Made by a program: the position numbers and the translations under genes. A DNA stretch of 64,000 bases, from IMG/VR virus record IMGVR_UViG_2889849113_000003, positions 3,716 to 67,715 of that record; one strand, given 5' to 3'. Under the pieces are notes generated by a model. It saw nothing but the letters and a program-made list of their open reading frames with translations, ran no database searches and was not told where the DNA came from. This DNA comes from a virus. Below are positions 16,926-27,006 of the stretch, piece by piece (positions within the stretch are counted from its first letter, which is position 1; the number at the start of each line of letters is the position of its first letter).

Positions 16926-17422
16926 GCCGCAGCCCTCGCGACATTCATCCGGTCGATGAACGCCCCAAGCGCCACCGCAGCGCAGTGCTCCGTGTCGTCG
17001 AAGGCATTGCCGCCACAGCGGGCAACGTGCGTGGCCTGCGCCTCGCGCTCCCAGGCCTTCAACTGGCAAGGGCTGAAGTGGCAGGCGTCATCCAGCAGGC
17101 TGGCGCTCTTGCCGCCGATCCAAACGCTCACGGGCTGAGCAAAGCCGCTGGTGGCGGCGTACTCGACCGTGACAGGGATGGAGCCAAGAAGCGAGGGGAA
17201 GAAACCGTTTTCGTCGGGTTGTGTGGCAGCGGCAACAGACCCGGGAAATGCCCAGGGTTGGTGCATCGTCGCCGGGCACGCCTTTCGTGCACCTTTCACG
17301 CCGGAGCCGGGTTCTTGATGAAAGTCAGAGGTGGCGCAAGGACGTGGGCGGCCAAGGGCTCCAGCATGACTGACAGAGCAGGCGACGCTTCTTTGAGTCG
17401 GTGTACTGAGAGCGCTTTCCAT
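16922..17422 (-). CDS. First gene of leftward operon, hypothetical
   Basis: 166-aa ORF following AT-rich intergenic region. Confidence 0.5.
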   Translation of the reverse strand: MESALSTPTQRSVACSVSHAGALGRPRPCATSDFHQEPGSGVKGARKACPATMHQPWAFPGSVAAATQPDENGFFPSLLGSIPVTVEYAATSGFAQPVSVWIGGKSASLLDDACHFSPCQLKAWEREAQATHVARCGGNAFDDTEHCAAVALGAFIDRMNVARAAA

Positions 17423-17468
17423 GGCGGCTACATTCCATCCCTGTGCTTCTAAATTACGGGTGCAATGC

Positions 17469-17486
17469 TACTCTGGATTTAGAGTA
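17469..17486. promoter_or_regulatory. Palindromic operator candidate (left)
   Basis: TACTCT-N6-AGAGTA inverted repeat in AT-rich region. Confidence 0.6.
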
Positions 17487-17647
17487 CGAGGGACGGCGCG
17501 CCGCAAAAATTTCACGTTCACAAGGGAAAACCCGAGCGATCGTCAGAAAGTAAAAGTCAATTCCCATAAAGAAAAAGTGCTTAACATGGAAATCTGACTG
17601 TAAATATTTCCAGGGAACGACCGATACAACGGTCGTCATGAGGAGAA

Positions 17648-18115
17648 GTGGTGATGGAGATGTGCGCGACCAGCTCCGCAGTGACGTGCGAGCTGCGCGG
17701 CGACGCTGTGGTGCTCACGGCTCGTGGAGTGCTCAACGAGGAGCAATGGATGCAGGCCCGAGTCAAGGGGTGGGCGATGCTGTCGCCGGAGGTCTGCGGC
17801 GTGGTGTTCGATCTGCGCCAGGCGGTGCTGGTACTTGACGCCTCAGAGATGAAGCAGATCAGCAACGGCCTGCGCGAGGTCGTCGCGGTGTTGGGGCGCC
17901 GCCCGGTAGCCTACGTCACGGCGGACGTGTCTCTACCCGGGTTGGCCGACTACCTCGTTCAGATGGCCATGCACGGGCTGCGTGCCCGCATGTTCATCAA
18001 TCCCGCTGAGGCGCTCGCTTGGGTGTGGCGCCGCGGGGATCGAGTCGAGCCGCGCCGGGTCCGCGGGGCCGGCTTTGCTCGGTTGACGCCGCCGGCGTCG
18101 GTGGCCTGTCCTTGA
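17648..18115 (+). CDS. STAS/SpoIIAA-like protein
   Basis: VVLTARGVL...VVFDLRQA...RPVAYV...RMFINPAEALAWV pattern. Confidence 0.6.
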   Translation: MVMEMCATSSAVTCELRGDAVVLTARGVLNEEQWMQARVKGWAMLSPEVCGVVFDLRQAVLVLDASEMKQISNGLREVVAVLGRRPVAYVTADVSLPGLADYLVQMAMHGLRARMFINPAEALAWVWRRGDRVEPRRVRGAGFARLTPPASVACP

Positions 18116-18500
18116 GCGCGACATCTATGGCGAGGTGGCACAGCGCCACCGCGCGCTCCAGGGCGTCAGGTTGCAGGGGCGCGAGGCGCTGACCCAGTTC
18201 CACAAGTGCCGAGCAATGCTCGGCATCCATCATCGCGATGTCGATGTTGGGGATCAGCAGCTGCCAAGTCTCCATGTTCAAGGCGTAGGCCAGGCGATCA
18301 AGCATGTCCATGCCCAGCGAAACATCTTGGTTTCGCACCAGGTGCAGGACCGATGAGGGCAGCACTGGCTTTTCCTCGCCGACCTTCTTCGTGAGAAGGC
18401 TTGGTGAGGTCTGTTTGGTTTGAATCAGGTGCTCAAGGATTGCGGCCAGGACTGGGCGCGACCGCTTCTTGGGGTCCTGATCGTCTTGGTTGCCTCGCAT
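17997..18500 (-). CDS. CI-like XRE HTH repressor
   Basis: VSLGMDMLDRLAYALNMETWQLL; divergent from Cro-like gene. Confidence 0.7.
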   Translation of the reverse strand: MRGNQDDQDPKKRSRPVLAAILEHLIQTKQTSPSLLTKKVGEEKPVLPSSVLHLVRNQDVSLGMDMLDRLAYALNMETWQLLIPNIDIAMMDAEHCSALVELGQRLAPLQPDALERAVALCHLAIDVALKDRPPTPAASTEQSRPRGPGAARLDPRGATPKRAPQRD

Positions 18501-18545
18501 GTCGCTATGGTGCGCGACATCGCTCACATGGCTTAGAGTGATCGA

Positions 18546-18563
18546 CGCTCTATATTTAGAGTT
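18546..18563. promoter_or_regulatory. Operator candidate (right)
   Basis: CGCTCT-ATATTT-AGAGTT resembles 17469-17486; lies between the divergent regulators. Confidence 0.55.
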
Positions 18564-18575
18564 AAGATCGGGTCC

Positions 18576-18800
18576 ATGGACCCCTTCTCCAAGACCCTCG
18601 ACAGCCTCCGGCGCCGGCTTCGCAGCCTGGAACCCAGGACCGTCCAGCGACTCCGGTTGATCGGGCGGGCTGCCGGTTGCAGCGAGCAACTCCCCGAACA
18701 CGTTCTGTACGAGACCAATCGCTGCTTCAAGCCGCGCACGGTCCAGCCCCTTCTGAGTTTCTTCGCCGACGTTGACGCCGGCCGCCGGCAACTTCCTTGA
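18576..18800 (+). CDS. Cro-like small regulator
   Basis: 74 aa, positional inference. Confidence 0.5.
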   Translation: MDPFSKTLDSLRRRLRSLEPRTVQRLRLIGRAAGCSEQLPEHVLYETNRCFKPRTVQPLLSFFADVDAGRRQLP

Positions 18801-19128
18801 CCGGCCGGGCCTGGACTTCGTCATGGCTTCCACCGCCTTCGCTTCCTGCGCTACTTCCATGGCATTCATGGCGGGAGTTTCGCGCAGTGCGTCAGCGAGT
18901 GCAGCACGGCCGGTCAAGCGTGTCCCTATTCCGAGTGCTGGTTTTTCCGCCGTGATGGCGGGCGCTTCGGCTTCAAGCAGGTCGATGGCGTCACAGGTCA
19001 TGGGAAGCAATGGTCGCGCCCGATTCCTCGGTCGGACTACCCCCAAAGGGGCGAGTGGCGATCGGGTTTGTTTGGGAGTGCAACACTCTTCGGTTGCTGG
19101 CGCAACCGTTCGGCACAAAGGGTCGGTA

Positions 19129-20007
19129 ATGGGTGGCTTTTCCGGCATTCGCTGCCGTGTCTGCGGCGAACTCACTGGCCGCGGCCGTGGCTCCCGATAC
19201 TGCGCAGCACACATTCCTGCGTCGCCGCGCATTGCTGCGCCGACTCGGCAGTACATGCGCGACGACTCGCCGCTGTACGTCGATGGCGTCCACTGCTGCG
19301 CCGACTGCTTTCGTCCAATTCGCCCTTGGCGCAGCGGCATTCATGGCCTTTGCTGCTATTCGTGCGGTTTGGCGCGGTGCATGGGTATTCACGGCGACGG
19401 CTCGATGCGACAGCAGGCGTGGAGGGCGGTCAATCGTGCTGTCAGGCGTGGCGAACTGCCGCCGATCAAGAGCCAGTTGTGCGTGGACTGCCCGCCTGAT
19501 CGCCGGCGTCAAGCCAAGTTCTACGACCACCGGGATTACAGCAATCCGCTGGACGTTGACCCGACGTGCGGCTCTTGCAACCGCATGCGCGGTCCAGCGA
19601 TCTCGCACAGGACCGGCGCTTACCTGGGGCGCGCAATGCGCAACGCCGGGCTCGGCGACATGGGCAGGCTTGCCGCCAAGCTGACCGCAGCGCATGGGCG
19701 GCTGCGTCAGGGCATGGATGCGTGGCTCACGGTGGACCGGAAGCAGCGGCATGTCGTCCGTTGCCTCCCTAGCGCCGCCGAGCAGGAGGCGCATCGCAAA
19801 GAACTCCTGCGCCTGCAAGCCCTGGTGTTTCTGCGCGATGACCACCACTGCGCGTTTTGCGGCGGCAACCAGCGCCTGACCTGTGAATACATCGTGGCGC
19901 CGCAGTTTGGCGGCAAGACGGTGCTGGACAACCTTGCGACCGCTTGTTGGGCCTGCCGGCTTCCTGATGGGCCGAGTCAATGGATTGGGTGGAGGGTGTA
20001 TGCGTAA
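19129..20007 (+). CDS. Zn-finger protein with two HNH-like modules, second degenerate
   Basis: CVDC...YDHRDYSNPLDVDPTCGSCN; CAFC...TCEYIVAPQFGG...NLATACWAC; start uncertain. Confidence 0.65.
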   Translation: MGGFSGIRCRVCGELTGRGRGSRYCAAHIPASPRIAAPTRQYMRDDSPLYVDGVHCCADCFRPIRPWRSGIHGLCCYSCGLARCMGIHGDGSMRQQAWRAVNRAVRRGELPPIKSQLCVDCPPDRRRQAKFYDHRDYSNPLDVDPTCGSCNRMRGPAISHRTGAYLGRAMRNAGLGDMGRLAAKLTAAHGRLRQGMDAWLTVDRKQRHVVRCLPSAAEQEAHRKELLRLQALVFLRDDHHCAFCGGNQRLTCEYIVAPQFGGKTVLDNLATACWACRLPDGPSQWIGWRVYA

Positions 20008-20254
20008 GAAGGCGCACCCCCTGGGCGAGAACGCCCCAGGCCTGGACCAGTTCCCCAAGCGCACCGGCCTGGGCCGCTTGACGCGCCCTGAGCCGCGACC
20101 GGCGGCAGTTGGTGGGGTGCAAGTGGAGCACTGCCCGGCGCGCGGCATTGCTGGTGGCCACGACCCGCGCTTCCAGGTCCGCGAGGGCGAGGCGGTGCGT
20201 GGTGCAGGGTTCTCGGCGGAGTGGGAGCGGCTGCGCAGCGGGGGCAAGGCATGA
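20000..20254 (+). CDS. Hypothetical protein
   Basis: Coupled ORF. Confidence 0.5.
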   Translation: MRKKAHPLGENAPGLDQFPKRTGLGRLTRPEPRPAAVGGVQVEHCPARGIAGGHDPRFQVREGEAVRGAGFSAEWERLRSGGKA

Positions 20255-20919
20255 AGCGCGAGGTCATCGGCGATGCGGTGCTGTACCTAGCGGACTGCCG
20301 CGAGGTGCTGCCGACGCTTCAGCGAGTGGCGGCCGTCATTGTTGACCCGCCCTACGGCATCGGCGACACGGATGCGCGCGCTCGCGCAACGAAGTGGCAG
20401 CGTGCCGCCGGCATGGAAGCCCGCGAGTGGGATCGAGAACCGGTCAGTGAACTCGCTGAGGTGCTGGCGCTTGGCGATGTGCAGGTCGTTTGGGGCGGCA
20501 ACTACTACCCGCTGAAGCCGTCGCGCGGCTGGCTGACGTGGTTCAAGCCGGATGCGCCGCCGAGCATGGCCAGTCTGGAGCTGGCGTGGACGAATCTTGA
20601 CCGCAACGCGCGGCAGTTCTCATGGTCTATCGGCGCCACCAATGCGGAGCGCGTCGGGCATCCAACCCAGAAGCCACTTGCTCTCATGCGCTGGTGCCAA
20701 GAGCAGGCCGGCAACCCGGCATCGGTGCTGGACGCCTACATGGGCAGCGGCACAACCGGCGTGGCTGCGGTCATGGCTGGCGCCAGCTTCATCGGCATCG
20801 AGCGCGAGCCGGCGTATTTCGACATCGCCTGCCGCCGCATCGAACAGGCCCAGCGCCAAGCCGCCCTGTTCGCCCACGACGCGCCGGCAGCCATGGAACA
20901 GGCCGGGCTGGGGTTCTGA
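20251..20919 (+). CDS. DNA methyltransferase (N4/N6, beta class)
   Basis: VDPPYG; HPTQKP; VLDAYMGSGTTG. Confidence 0.92.
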   Translation: MKREVIGDAVLYLADCREVLPTLQRVAAVIVDPPYGIGDTDARARATKWQRAAGMEAREWDREPVSELAEVLALGDVQVVWGGNYYPLKPSRGWLTWFKPDAPPSMASLELAWTNLDRNARQFSWSIGATNAERVGHPTQKPLALMRWCQEQAGNPASVLDAYMGSGTTGVAAVMAGASFIGIEREPAYFDIACRRIEQAQRQAALFAHDAPAAMEQAGLGF

Positions 20920-20920
20920 C

Positions 20921-21715
20921 GTGAAGAAGACCCCGCGCTATGCCACCGAGGCCGCCCTGTGCGCCGACTTCATCACCTGGGTGAAGGCGGAAGCCGGCAA
21001 GCGCTGGCGCGGCATCGAAACGCCGTCTTGGACACCCTACGCCGAGACGGCTGATTGGGACATCTTGCTGGTGGGCGCGGATGGAACGCAGATCGGCATT
21101 CAGGCCAAGCTGCGCTTCAACATGAAGGTGCTCGACCAGAGCATCCCCGACGACTTCAGGGCCTGGAGCGATACCGGCCCGGACTATCGCGCCATCCTGA
21201 TCCCGGAGTGCGACGCCACGGCGACCAAGATTTGCGGCGCCCTCGGCTTGATGGTGTTCGCGCCAGAACGCGGCGGCTGGGGGCCTGTCGGCTTCGCACC
21301 CGGCCTCAGCATGGAGCACTCCACGGGCTGGCACTACTGGAGCCCCAAGCGGCGCTGCGAACTGCCGGAGTTTGTGCCTGATGTCGCCGCCGGCTGCAGT
21401 GCGCCGCTGCAGCTCACGAAGTGGAAGGTCAAGGCGCTTCGCGTGCTGGCCGCGCTGGAGATCGCTGGCCACGTCACGCGCAAGGACCTCAAGAGCATCG
21501 GCATTGACCCGCGGCCGTGGACAGGCTCCACCGGCTGGCTCGTTCCTGGCGAGAAGCCCGGCGAGTTCGTCCGCGGGCCCGGCCTCGACTTCGACCGCCA
21601 GCACCCCGATGTCTACGCACAGGTGCTGGTGCAGGAGTGCGCGAAGCACGAGGAGCAGCTTGGCTTGAAGTGCCAGGCGGAGCTTCAGCAACTTTCCATC
21701 GGGGGTGCGGCTTGA
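20921..21715 (+). CDS. Phage protein with possible PD-(D/E)xK fold
   Basis: YAET..WDILLV...IGIQAKL. Confidence 0.65.
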   Translation: MKKTPRYATEAALCADFITWVKAEAGKRWRGIETPSWTPYAETADWDILLVGADGTQIGIQAKLRFNMKVLDQSIPDDFRAWSDTGPDYRAILIPECDATATKICGALGLMVFAPERGGWGPVGFAPGLSMEHSTGWHYWSPKRRCELPEFVPDVAAGCSAPLQLTKWKVKALRVLAALEIAGHVTRKDLKSIGIDPRPWTGSTGWLVPGEKPGEFVRGPGLDFDRQHPDVYAQVLVQECAKHEEQLGLKCQAELQQLSIGGAA

Positions 21716-21827
21716 GCTGCGCCCCGTCGTTTACAGCAGCGGCTCAGGGCCGTACACCCGAAAAGGCGGACTCCCGGCCCGCCCTGCCGCTGCTCCCTTT
21801 TGCCGGGCCTGCACCGGGCAGGATGAA

Positions 21828-22589
21828 ATGACGACAGAACGAAAGTCGATCAGCAAGAAGACCCGCTTCGAGGTCTTCAAGCGCGACGGATTCAAGTGCC
21901 AATACTGCGGCGCCGCGGCGCCTGACGTGCTGCTGCAGGTGGACCACATCCACCCTGTGAGCCAGGACGGCGACAACGACATGATGAACTTCATCACGTC
22001 GTGCCAGCCCTGCAATGCCGGCAAGAGCGATCGCCTCTTGAGCGACGACACAGCCATCAAGAAGCAGCAGGCGCAGATGGAGGTGCTGCACGAGCGCCGC
22101 GAGCAGCTGGAAATGATGCTGCAGTGGCGCGAAGGGCTGAAGGACATCGAGGGCGACCAGATCGACGCCATCGCGAAGGCTTGGCAGAGCGCCGTGAAAG
22201 GCTCTTGGTTGACTGACAACGGTCTCCAGCAGATGCGCAAGCTCCTGAAGCGCCATGGCCTACCGCGTGTTCTCGATGCGATCGACACCGCTGCCGAGCA
22301 GTACGTCGTGCTCAACGAGAACGGTAAGGCCACCACGGAAAGCGCAGAGCTGGCCATAAGCAAGGTGGGTGGCATCTGCGCATTGGCAGGAGCCCCGGAA
22401 GACGAGCGCCGCCTGTACTACGTCCGCGGGATTCTCAACAACCGCCTGAGCTATGTGCCGGCGCGCCTGATGGGCGAGTTGAAGGCGGCACTGAAAGCCG
22501 GCGTGCCAGTTGACGACATGGTGGAGGAGGCGAAGTCCTGCAGCAGCTGGACGGCCTTCAAGAACTGGCTCTACGACCAGTACGAGTAG
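21828..22589 (+). CDS. HNH endonuclease
   Basis: RFEVFKRDGFKCQYCG...VDHIHP...TSCQPCNAGK. Confidence 0.9.
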   Translation: MTTERKSISKKTRFEVFKRDGFKCQYCGAAAPDVLLQVDHIHPVSQDGDNDMMNFITSCQPCNAGKSDRLLSDDTAIKKQQAQMEVLHERREQLEMMLQWREGLKDIEGDQIDAIAKAWQSAVKGSWLTDNGLQQMRKLLKRHGLPRVLDAIDTAAEQYVVLNENGKATTESAELAISKVGGICALAGAPEDERRLYYVRGILNNRLSYVPARLMGELKAALKAGVPVDDMVEEAKSCSSWTAFKNWLYDQYE

Positions 22590-22594
22590 ACGCC

Positions 22595-23224
22595 ATGGCA
22601 CGCGCCCGCAACATCAAAACCGGGTTCTTCAAGAACGAAGACCTTGCCGAGTGCTCGCCCTGGGCGCGGCTGCTGTTCATCGGCCTATGGCAACTCGCTG
22701 ACCGCGAGGGCCGGCTGGAAGACCGCCCGAAGCGCATCAAGGCCGAGTTGTTCGCCTTCGACTCCATCGACGCCGAGCCGCTGCTGGCCGAGCTGGAGCG
22801 CTTCGGCTTCGTGCTGCGCTACCAGGTGAAGGACATGCGGCTGATCCAGGTGGTGAACTTCGCCAAACACCAGAACCCGCACCACCGCGAGCCGGCTAGT
22901 GAATTCCCGCCGCCGGCATCCATGCCGGAAAGGACTGCCAACAGGCGTCAGCGCTTCGCACGTGGCGCCCGCCAGCCGCGCGCGGGTCGAGGCCCTGCCG
23001 CAAGTCCGTCGGCATGGAATGCGTTGCGTACCAAGGTTTTTGAGCGCGACGGACACCGCTGCGTCTACTGCGGGAGCGCAGAAGACCTTGAGTGCGACCA
23101 CGTCCACCCGCGTGCTCGCGGCGGAACCGACGCGCTTGAGAACTTGGCCACCGCCTGCAAGCCCTGCAATACGTCCAAGGGGGCAAAAACACTGGCCGAG
23201 TGGAAGGGGGTGCGTCATGCGTAA
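22595..23224 (+). CDS. Replication-initiator-like N-terminus fused to HNH
   Basis: MARARNIKTGFFKNEDL...DREGRLEDRPKRIK; C-terminal CVYC..DHVHP..CKPCNTSKG. Confidence 0.8.
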   Translation: MARARNIKTGFFKNEDLAECSPWARLLFIGLWQLADREGRLEDRPKRIKAELFAFDSIDAEPLLAELERFGFVLRYQVKDMRLIQVVNFAKHQNPHHREPASEFPPPASMPERTANRRQRFARGARQPRAGRGPAASPSAWNALRTKVFERDGHRCVYCGSAEDLECDHVHPRARGGTDALENLATACKPCNTSKGAKTLAEWKGVRHA

Positions 23225-24323
23225 GTACGCCCAGATCGGACCGCAGTTCTGGTCCAGCAGCGCCACCGGCCGCGCGATCCGCAAGAAGGGTTCCGAGGCT
23301 GTCGTGGTGGCGCTGTACCTGATGAGTTCGCCGCACTCAAACATGCTGGGGCTGTACTACCAGCCAATGCTCTACATGGCCCACGAAACCGGCCTTGGCA
23401 TTGAAGGGGCTACGAAGGGGCTTCAGAGGTGCATCGAAGCCAACTTCTGTTCCTACGATGAGGCTTCGGAGATGGTCTGGGTGCATGAAATGGCCCTGTA
23501 CCAGATCGCTGAAGAACTCAGTCCCGGCGACAAGCGCGTGACTGGCGTGCAGAAGGAGTACGACGCAGTGCCGGACTGCCCGTACCTCGTGGCCTTCTTC
23601 GAGCGATATGGCGGCAACTTCCACATGACGCGCAAGCGCTTCCCTTCCGGGTGGATCGCAAGCCACTTGGAAGCCCCTTCGATGCCCCATGCAAGCCAAG
23701 AACAAGAACAGGAGCATTTCCAGGAGCAGGGAACAATTGACGACGACGACCCCCGCGCGAGCGCGCCCGCACACACGCACGAGGGCGCGCACGAGGCGGG
23801 CGCTGGCGGCACCCCCTCACTAGACGACGACCTCGACGACCCTCAGACCGCAGAGAAGCCCAGCCAGTGGCTGCGGTTCTTCGCCGACCGCGGCCACGAC
23901 GTGGACTCGACCTGCGAGCGCACCCGCAAGACGCTGGCTCGCTGGATCGCCGACAAGGTCACCCGCGGCGAGGTGCGCCAGGCGCTGAAGCGGTCGAAGG
24001 AAAAGGGCGCCGGCCCGATCGGCGACATCGTGGCCTACGTCGCAAGCGTGGTGCAGGACCGCCGCACCGCCGCTGCCGAGGCCGCCAACACCAGCAAGCC
24101 GACCGCGCCGCGCGAGTACGGCGGCAGCCGCCGTGACGCCGCGCCGCCGCCGGTGTGCCCAACGCCTACCGCAGCCGAAACCAAGGCCGCGATGGACGCT
24201 GACCGCGCCAGCTTCGACCCAGACGCTGCGGCTGCGCGCGCCCAGGAGGCCAAGGCGTGGAAGCGCAAGCGCGTGGCGCTGGGCGGTGCTGGCGCTGCCG
24301 TTCCCACCGGAGCTTCGGCATGA
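23217..24323 (+). CDS. Phage replication initiator (replisome organiser)
   Basis: MRKYAQIGPQFW...YLMSSPHSNMLGLY...AHETG; QEQEQE linker. Confidence 0.75.
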   Translation: MRKYAQIGPQFWSSSATGRAIRKKGSEAVVVALYLMSSPHSNMLGLYYQPMLYMAHETGLGIEGATKGLQRCIEANFCSYDEASEMVWVHEMALYQIAEELSPGDKRVTGVQKEYDAVPDCPYLVAFFERYGGNFHMTRKRFPSGWIASHLEAPSMPHASQEQEQEHFQEQGTIDDDDPRASAPAHTHEGAHEAGAGGTPSLDDDLDDPQTAEKPSQWLRFFADRGHDVDSTCERTRKTLARWIADKVTRGEVRQALKRSKEKGAGPIGDIVAYVASVVQDRRTAAAEAANTSKPTAPREYGGSRRDAAPPPVCPTPTAAETKAAMDADRASFDPDAAAARAQEAKAWKRKRVALGGAGAAVPTGASA

Positions 24324-25210
24324 GACCCGTCGAAACCACCAACCCCGCGCCGGCCTTCTCCGCGCCCATCGCCGGCCCCGGCATGACGATGACGCGCCGC
24401 TGCGACGCCTGCCGCACGATCAAACCCGAGGGGCCTGATGCGCAGGGCCGGCGCTGGCGCTTCGTAAACCGCCTGTGGTGGCACTGCCCGGCGTGCGCGC
24501 CGCAGGACGAGCCCAGGACGCGGCGCAAGGCCGTGGCGCAGGCCGCCACCGAGGCTGTCGCCAACGACGCGGCGCAGCGCCCGTTTCGCATCCGCAGCCT
24601 GGCCGACCTGAAGGCGTGGTGCCGCGTCGATGCCGCCAGCGGCTGCTGGCACTGGACGCGTTCGCGCCGCAAGGGCGACGAGTTGCCGGCGGTGCGCTAC
24701 ATCGACCCGCGCAGCGAGTGCGACACCGTGCACAACGGCCGCCGTGCAGCGCTCAACCTGGCGCGCAAGCAGCCGGTGCCGGCATCGCACATCGCCTGGG
24801 CCAAGGCGGCATGCCTGTCGCTGGACTGCGTGAACCCGGCGCACGCCATGAGCGGCACACGGGCGCAGCGTGGTGCCTACCTGCGCCAGCACGGCCTGTC
24901 CGAGGTGTTCCGCGAGGTTTTCACGCCGATGCTGCGCGAGTTCGCGGCCAGGCGCCGCGTCATCACGCCGCAGCAGGCGGTCGAGCTGCGCCGCCGCATG
25001 GTTGAGGGAGGCGAGACGGCTGCGGCGCTGGCCCGCGAGTTCGGCATCAGCCGCTCCGTGATGAGCCTCATCAAGCTCGGCAAGCGGCCCTGTGACCAGG
25101 GCGTGCGCGGCAAGGACCGGGCCGTGGCGCGCAACGCCAGCGTCTTCGCGCTGGCGGCATCGCTGGCGGGCGAGACGGCCTGCAGCAACCACGAAAGGGA
25201 GGCCGCGTAA
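24320..25210 (+). CDS. Zn-finger, degenerate HNH and C-terminal HTH protein
   Basis: SGCWHW, CVNPAH, ALAREFGISRSVMS. Confidence 0.65.
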   Translation: MRPVETTNPAPAFSAPIAGPGMTMTRRCDACRTIKPEGPDAQGRRWRFVNRLWWHCPACAPQDEPRTRRKAVAQAATEAVANDAAQRPFRIRSLADLKAWCRVDAASGCWHWTRSRRKGDELPAVRYIDPRSECDTVHNGRRAALNLARKQPVPASHIAWAKAACLSLDCVNPAHAMSGTRAQRGAYLRQHGLSEVFREVFTPMLREFAARRRVITPQQAVELRRRMVEGGETAAALAREFGISRSVMSLIKLGKRPCDQGVRGKDRAVARNASVFALAASLAGETACSNHEREAA

Positions 25211-25731
25211 TGCAAAGCCTGCTCACCCCCATCGCCGAAGTCGTGCAGAACCTGCTCGGGCCGATCCCCGACTACAACCAGTTCCGCAGCTACATCCTCC
25301 CGGACGCGCAGGGAACGCTGGCGCGCGACGACCAGACGCGGCTTTGCTACTGGTATCTCGACAGCCTCGGCGCCATGAAGCACGGCCGCGGTGTGCGCCG
25401 CGATGCGGAGCGCATGGGGCAGATGGTCACCGCCACCTGGCTGCTGGCCGAGCGCGGCATCGGCGCGGAGTACCTGCCGCTGGTGGAGGAAGCCAAGGAC
25501 GCGCTGCGCCGGCTCAAGGAGCGCGTGGAGCGCATGGAAGCCGCCCGCCGTCCGGTGTCCTGGGTGCTCGACGGCCCCGGCTACCAGGCGCTGCTGTCCT
25601 GCACGGACCTGCACGAAGCGCAACTGGAGCACGAGGACTGCACGCAGGCCACGCTGGCGTGGCTGATCCAGGAGGCCGAGCTGCGGCTGCGCCTGGGACA
25701 CATCACGTGGATCACGAGAGGACTTGGCTGA
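25210..25731 (+). CDS. Hypothetical protein
   Basis: 173-aa coupled ORF. Confidence 0.65.
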   Translation: MQSLLTPIAEVVQNLLGPIPDYNQFRSYILPDAQGTLARDDQTRLCYWYLDSLGAMKHGRGVRRDAERMGQMVTATWLLAERGIGAEYLPLVEEAKDALRRLKERVERMEAARRPVSWVLDGPGYQALLSCTDLHEAQLEHEDCTQATLAWLIQEAELRLRLGHITWITRGLG

Positions 25732-26111
25732 TGAGCCCGAAACCCGCCACCCTTGCCGACGAGGTGCAGATGCACCTGGCGCTGGTCACCGACTGCCTTG
25801 ATGCGGACCACGACTCGCCCGCAGGGCGCTCGATGGCGTACCTGGCGCAAATGGCGAACCAGTACCTCGACCTGATGCGGCTCAACGGCATGGACCCCAG
25901 CAACGACCCCATCAAGGGCGCCGTCTGGACGTTCATGGGCAAGGGCAGGGAAGTGCTGAAGGCTGAAGGCACGGGCCGCGTGTTGGGCGAGATCCGCAGC
26001 TACTTCGGGGCCGAGCTCTACCACGTGGACGGACTCGGCGAGGGCTACGTCGGCGCCGCCAACGCGCGGGCTGCCGCCGAGCGCTTGGCGCGGCAAAGGG
26101 CAATGCCGTGA
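25731..26111 (+). CDS. Hypothetical protein
   Basis: Coupled ORF. Confidence 0.6.
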   Translation: MSPKPATLADEVQMHLALVTDCLDADHDSPAGRSMAYLAQMANQYLDLMRLNGMDPSNDPIKGAVWTFMGKGREVLKAEGTGRVLGEIRSYFGAELYHVDGLGEGYVGAANARAAAERLARQRAMP

Positions 26112-26467
26112 GCACGAACGTGAAGCCGGGCGATGTCGCCATGGTGAAGGCGCCCTACGCGGAGCCCGGGCGTGGCGCCGTGGTGCAGGTGTTGCGGGCG
26201 TCCCGGACCGCTGAGTGCATCGACGGCAAGAGCTACTTCTGCGAAGCCGTGGGCTGGGTGGTGGAGGGCTGGGTCAGGGACCACGGCGGAACGCTGCAGG
26301 GCCCGCGCCTGGCCATCGCCGATGAGTGCCTGCGCCCGCTGCGCTGGAGCAACGGCGAGGACGAGGTGCTGCGCATTGCAGGCAAGCCGCAGGAAATCGT
26401 GCGCGACCTCACGCGCCAGGTGGAGCAACTGCGCGCCGCCATGCGCCGCGCAGCGGAGGGCTTCTGA
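26108..26467 (+). CDS. Hypothetical protein
   Basis: VKPGDVAMV...DECLRPLR phage motif. Confidence 0.65.
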   Translation: MSTNVKPGDVAMVKAPYAEPGRGAVVQVLRASRTAECIDGKSYFCEAVGWVVEGWVRDHGGTLQGPRLAIADECLRPLRWSNGEDEVLRIAGKPQEIVRDLTRQVEQLRAAMRRAAEGF

Positions 26468-26793
26468 TGCTGCGCGCCGCAATTCAGGCATTCGCTGCCG
26501 TGGCCATCGGCGCAATGCTGGCCGCGCTGCTGATGGTGTCGCTGGACTTTCCTTGGATCGGAGGTTGAGCCGTGGCCGAGTTCTTCGGGTTCGACGTGAT
26601 CGAGGCGGCGTACTGGTCGCTCATCACCGTGCTGGTCGTGTTTGTGGCCGTCGCTGGCCGACAAGGGGTGCTTGATGCTGATGACGGCCGTTGAGCGGGC
26701 AATCGTGTCCTGGTGGTGCTGGTGGCTGCGCTGGTGCGCAAGCGCGGTGCGCGCGTCCGATGCGCAGTGGCTGGCGCTGGCGGGGCAGTTGGC

Positions 26794-27006
26794 ATGGTGA
26801 GCCTCGAAACCATCAAGACCCCGACGACCGAGGTGTTCGTGCAGGGCCGCGAAGGCTTCGCCGTGGTGACCACGAACTGGTCGAATCACGAGGGCGTCAA
26901 CGTGATCGCCACGGGCAAGGACTGCGCCGTGCGCTTCGCCGCCTCGCTGCGGCACGAGGAGGTCGATGCGCTGATGCTGGCGCTGCAGGCGGCGAGGGCG
27001 GCGTGA
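26794..27006 (+). CDS. Small hypothetical protein
   Basis: Coupled ORF. Confidence 0.5.
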   Translation: MVSLETIKTPTTEVFVQGREGFAVVTTNWSNHEGVNVIATGKDCAVRFAASLRHEEVDALMLALQAARAA

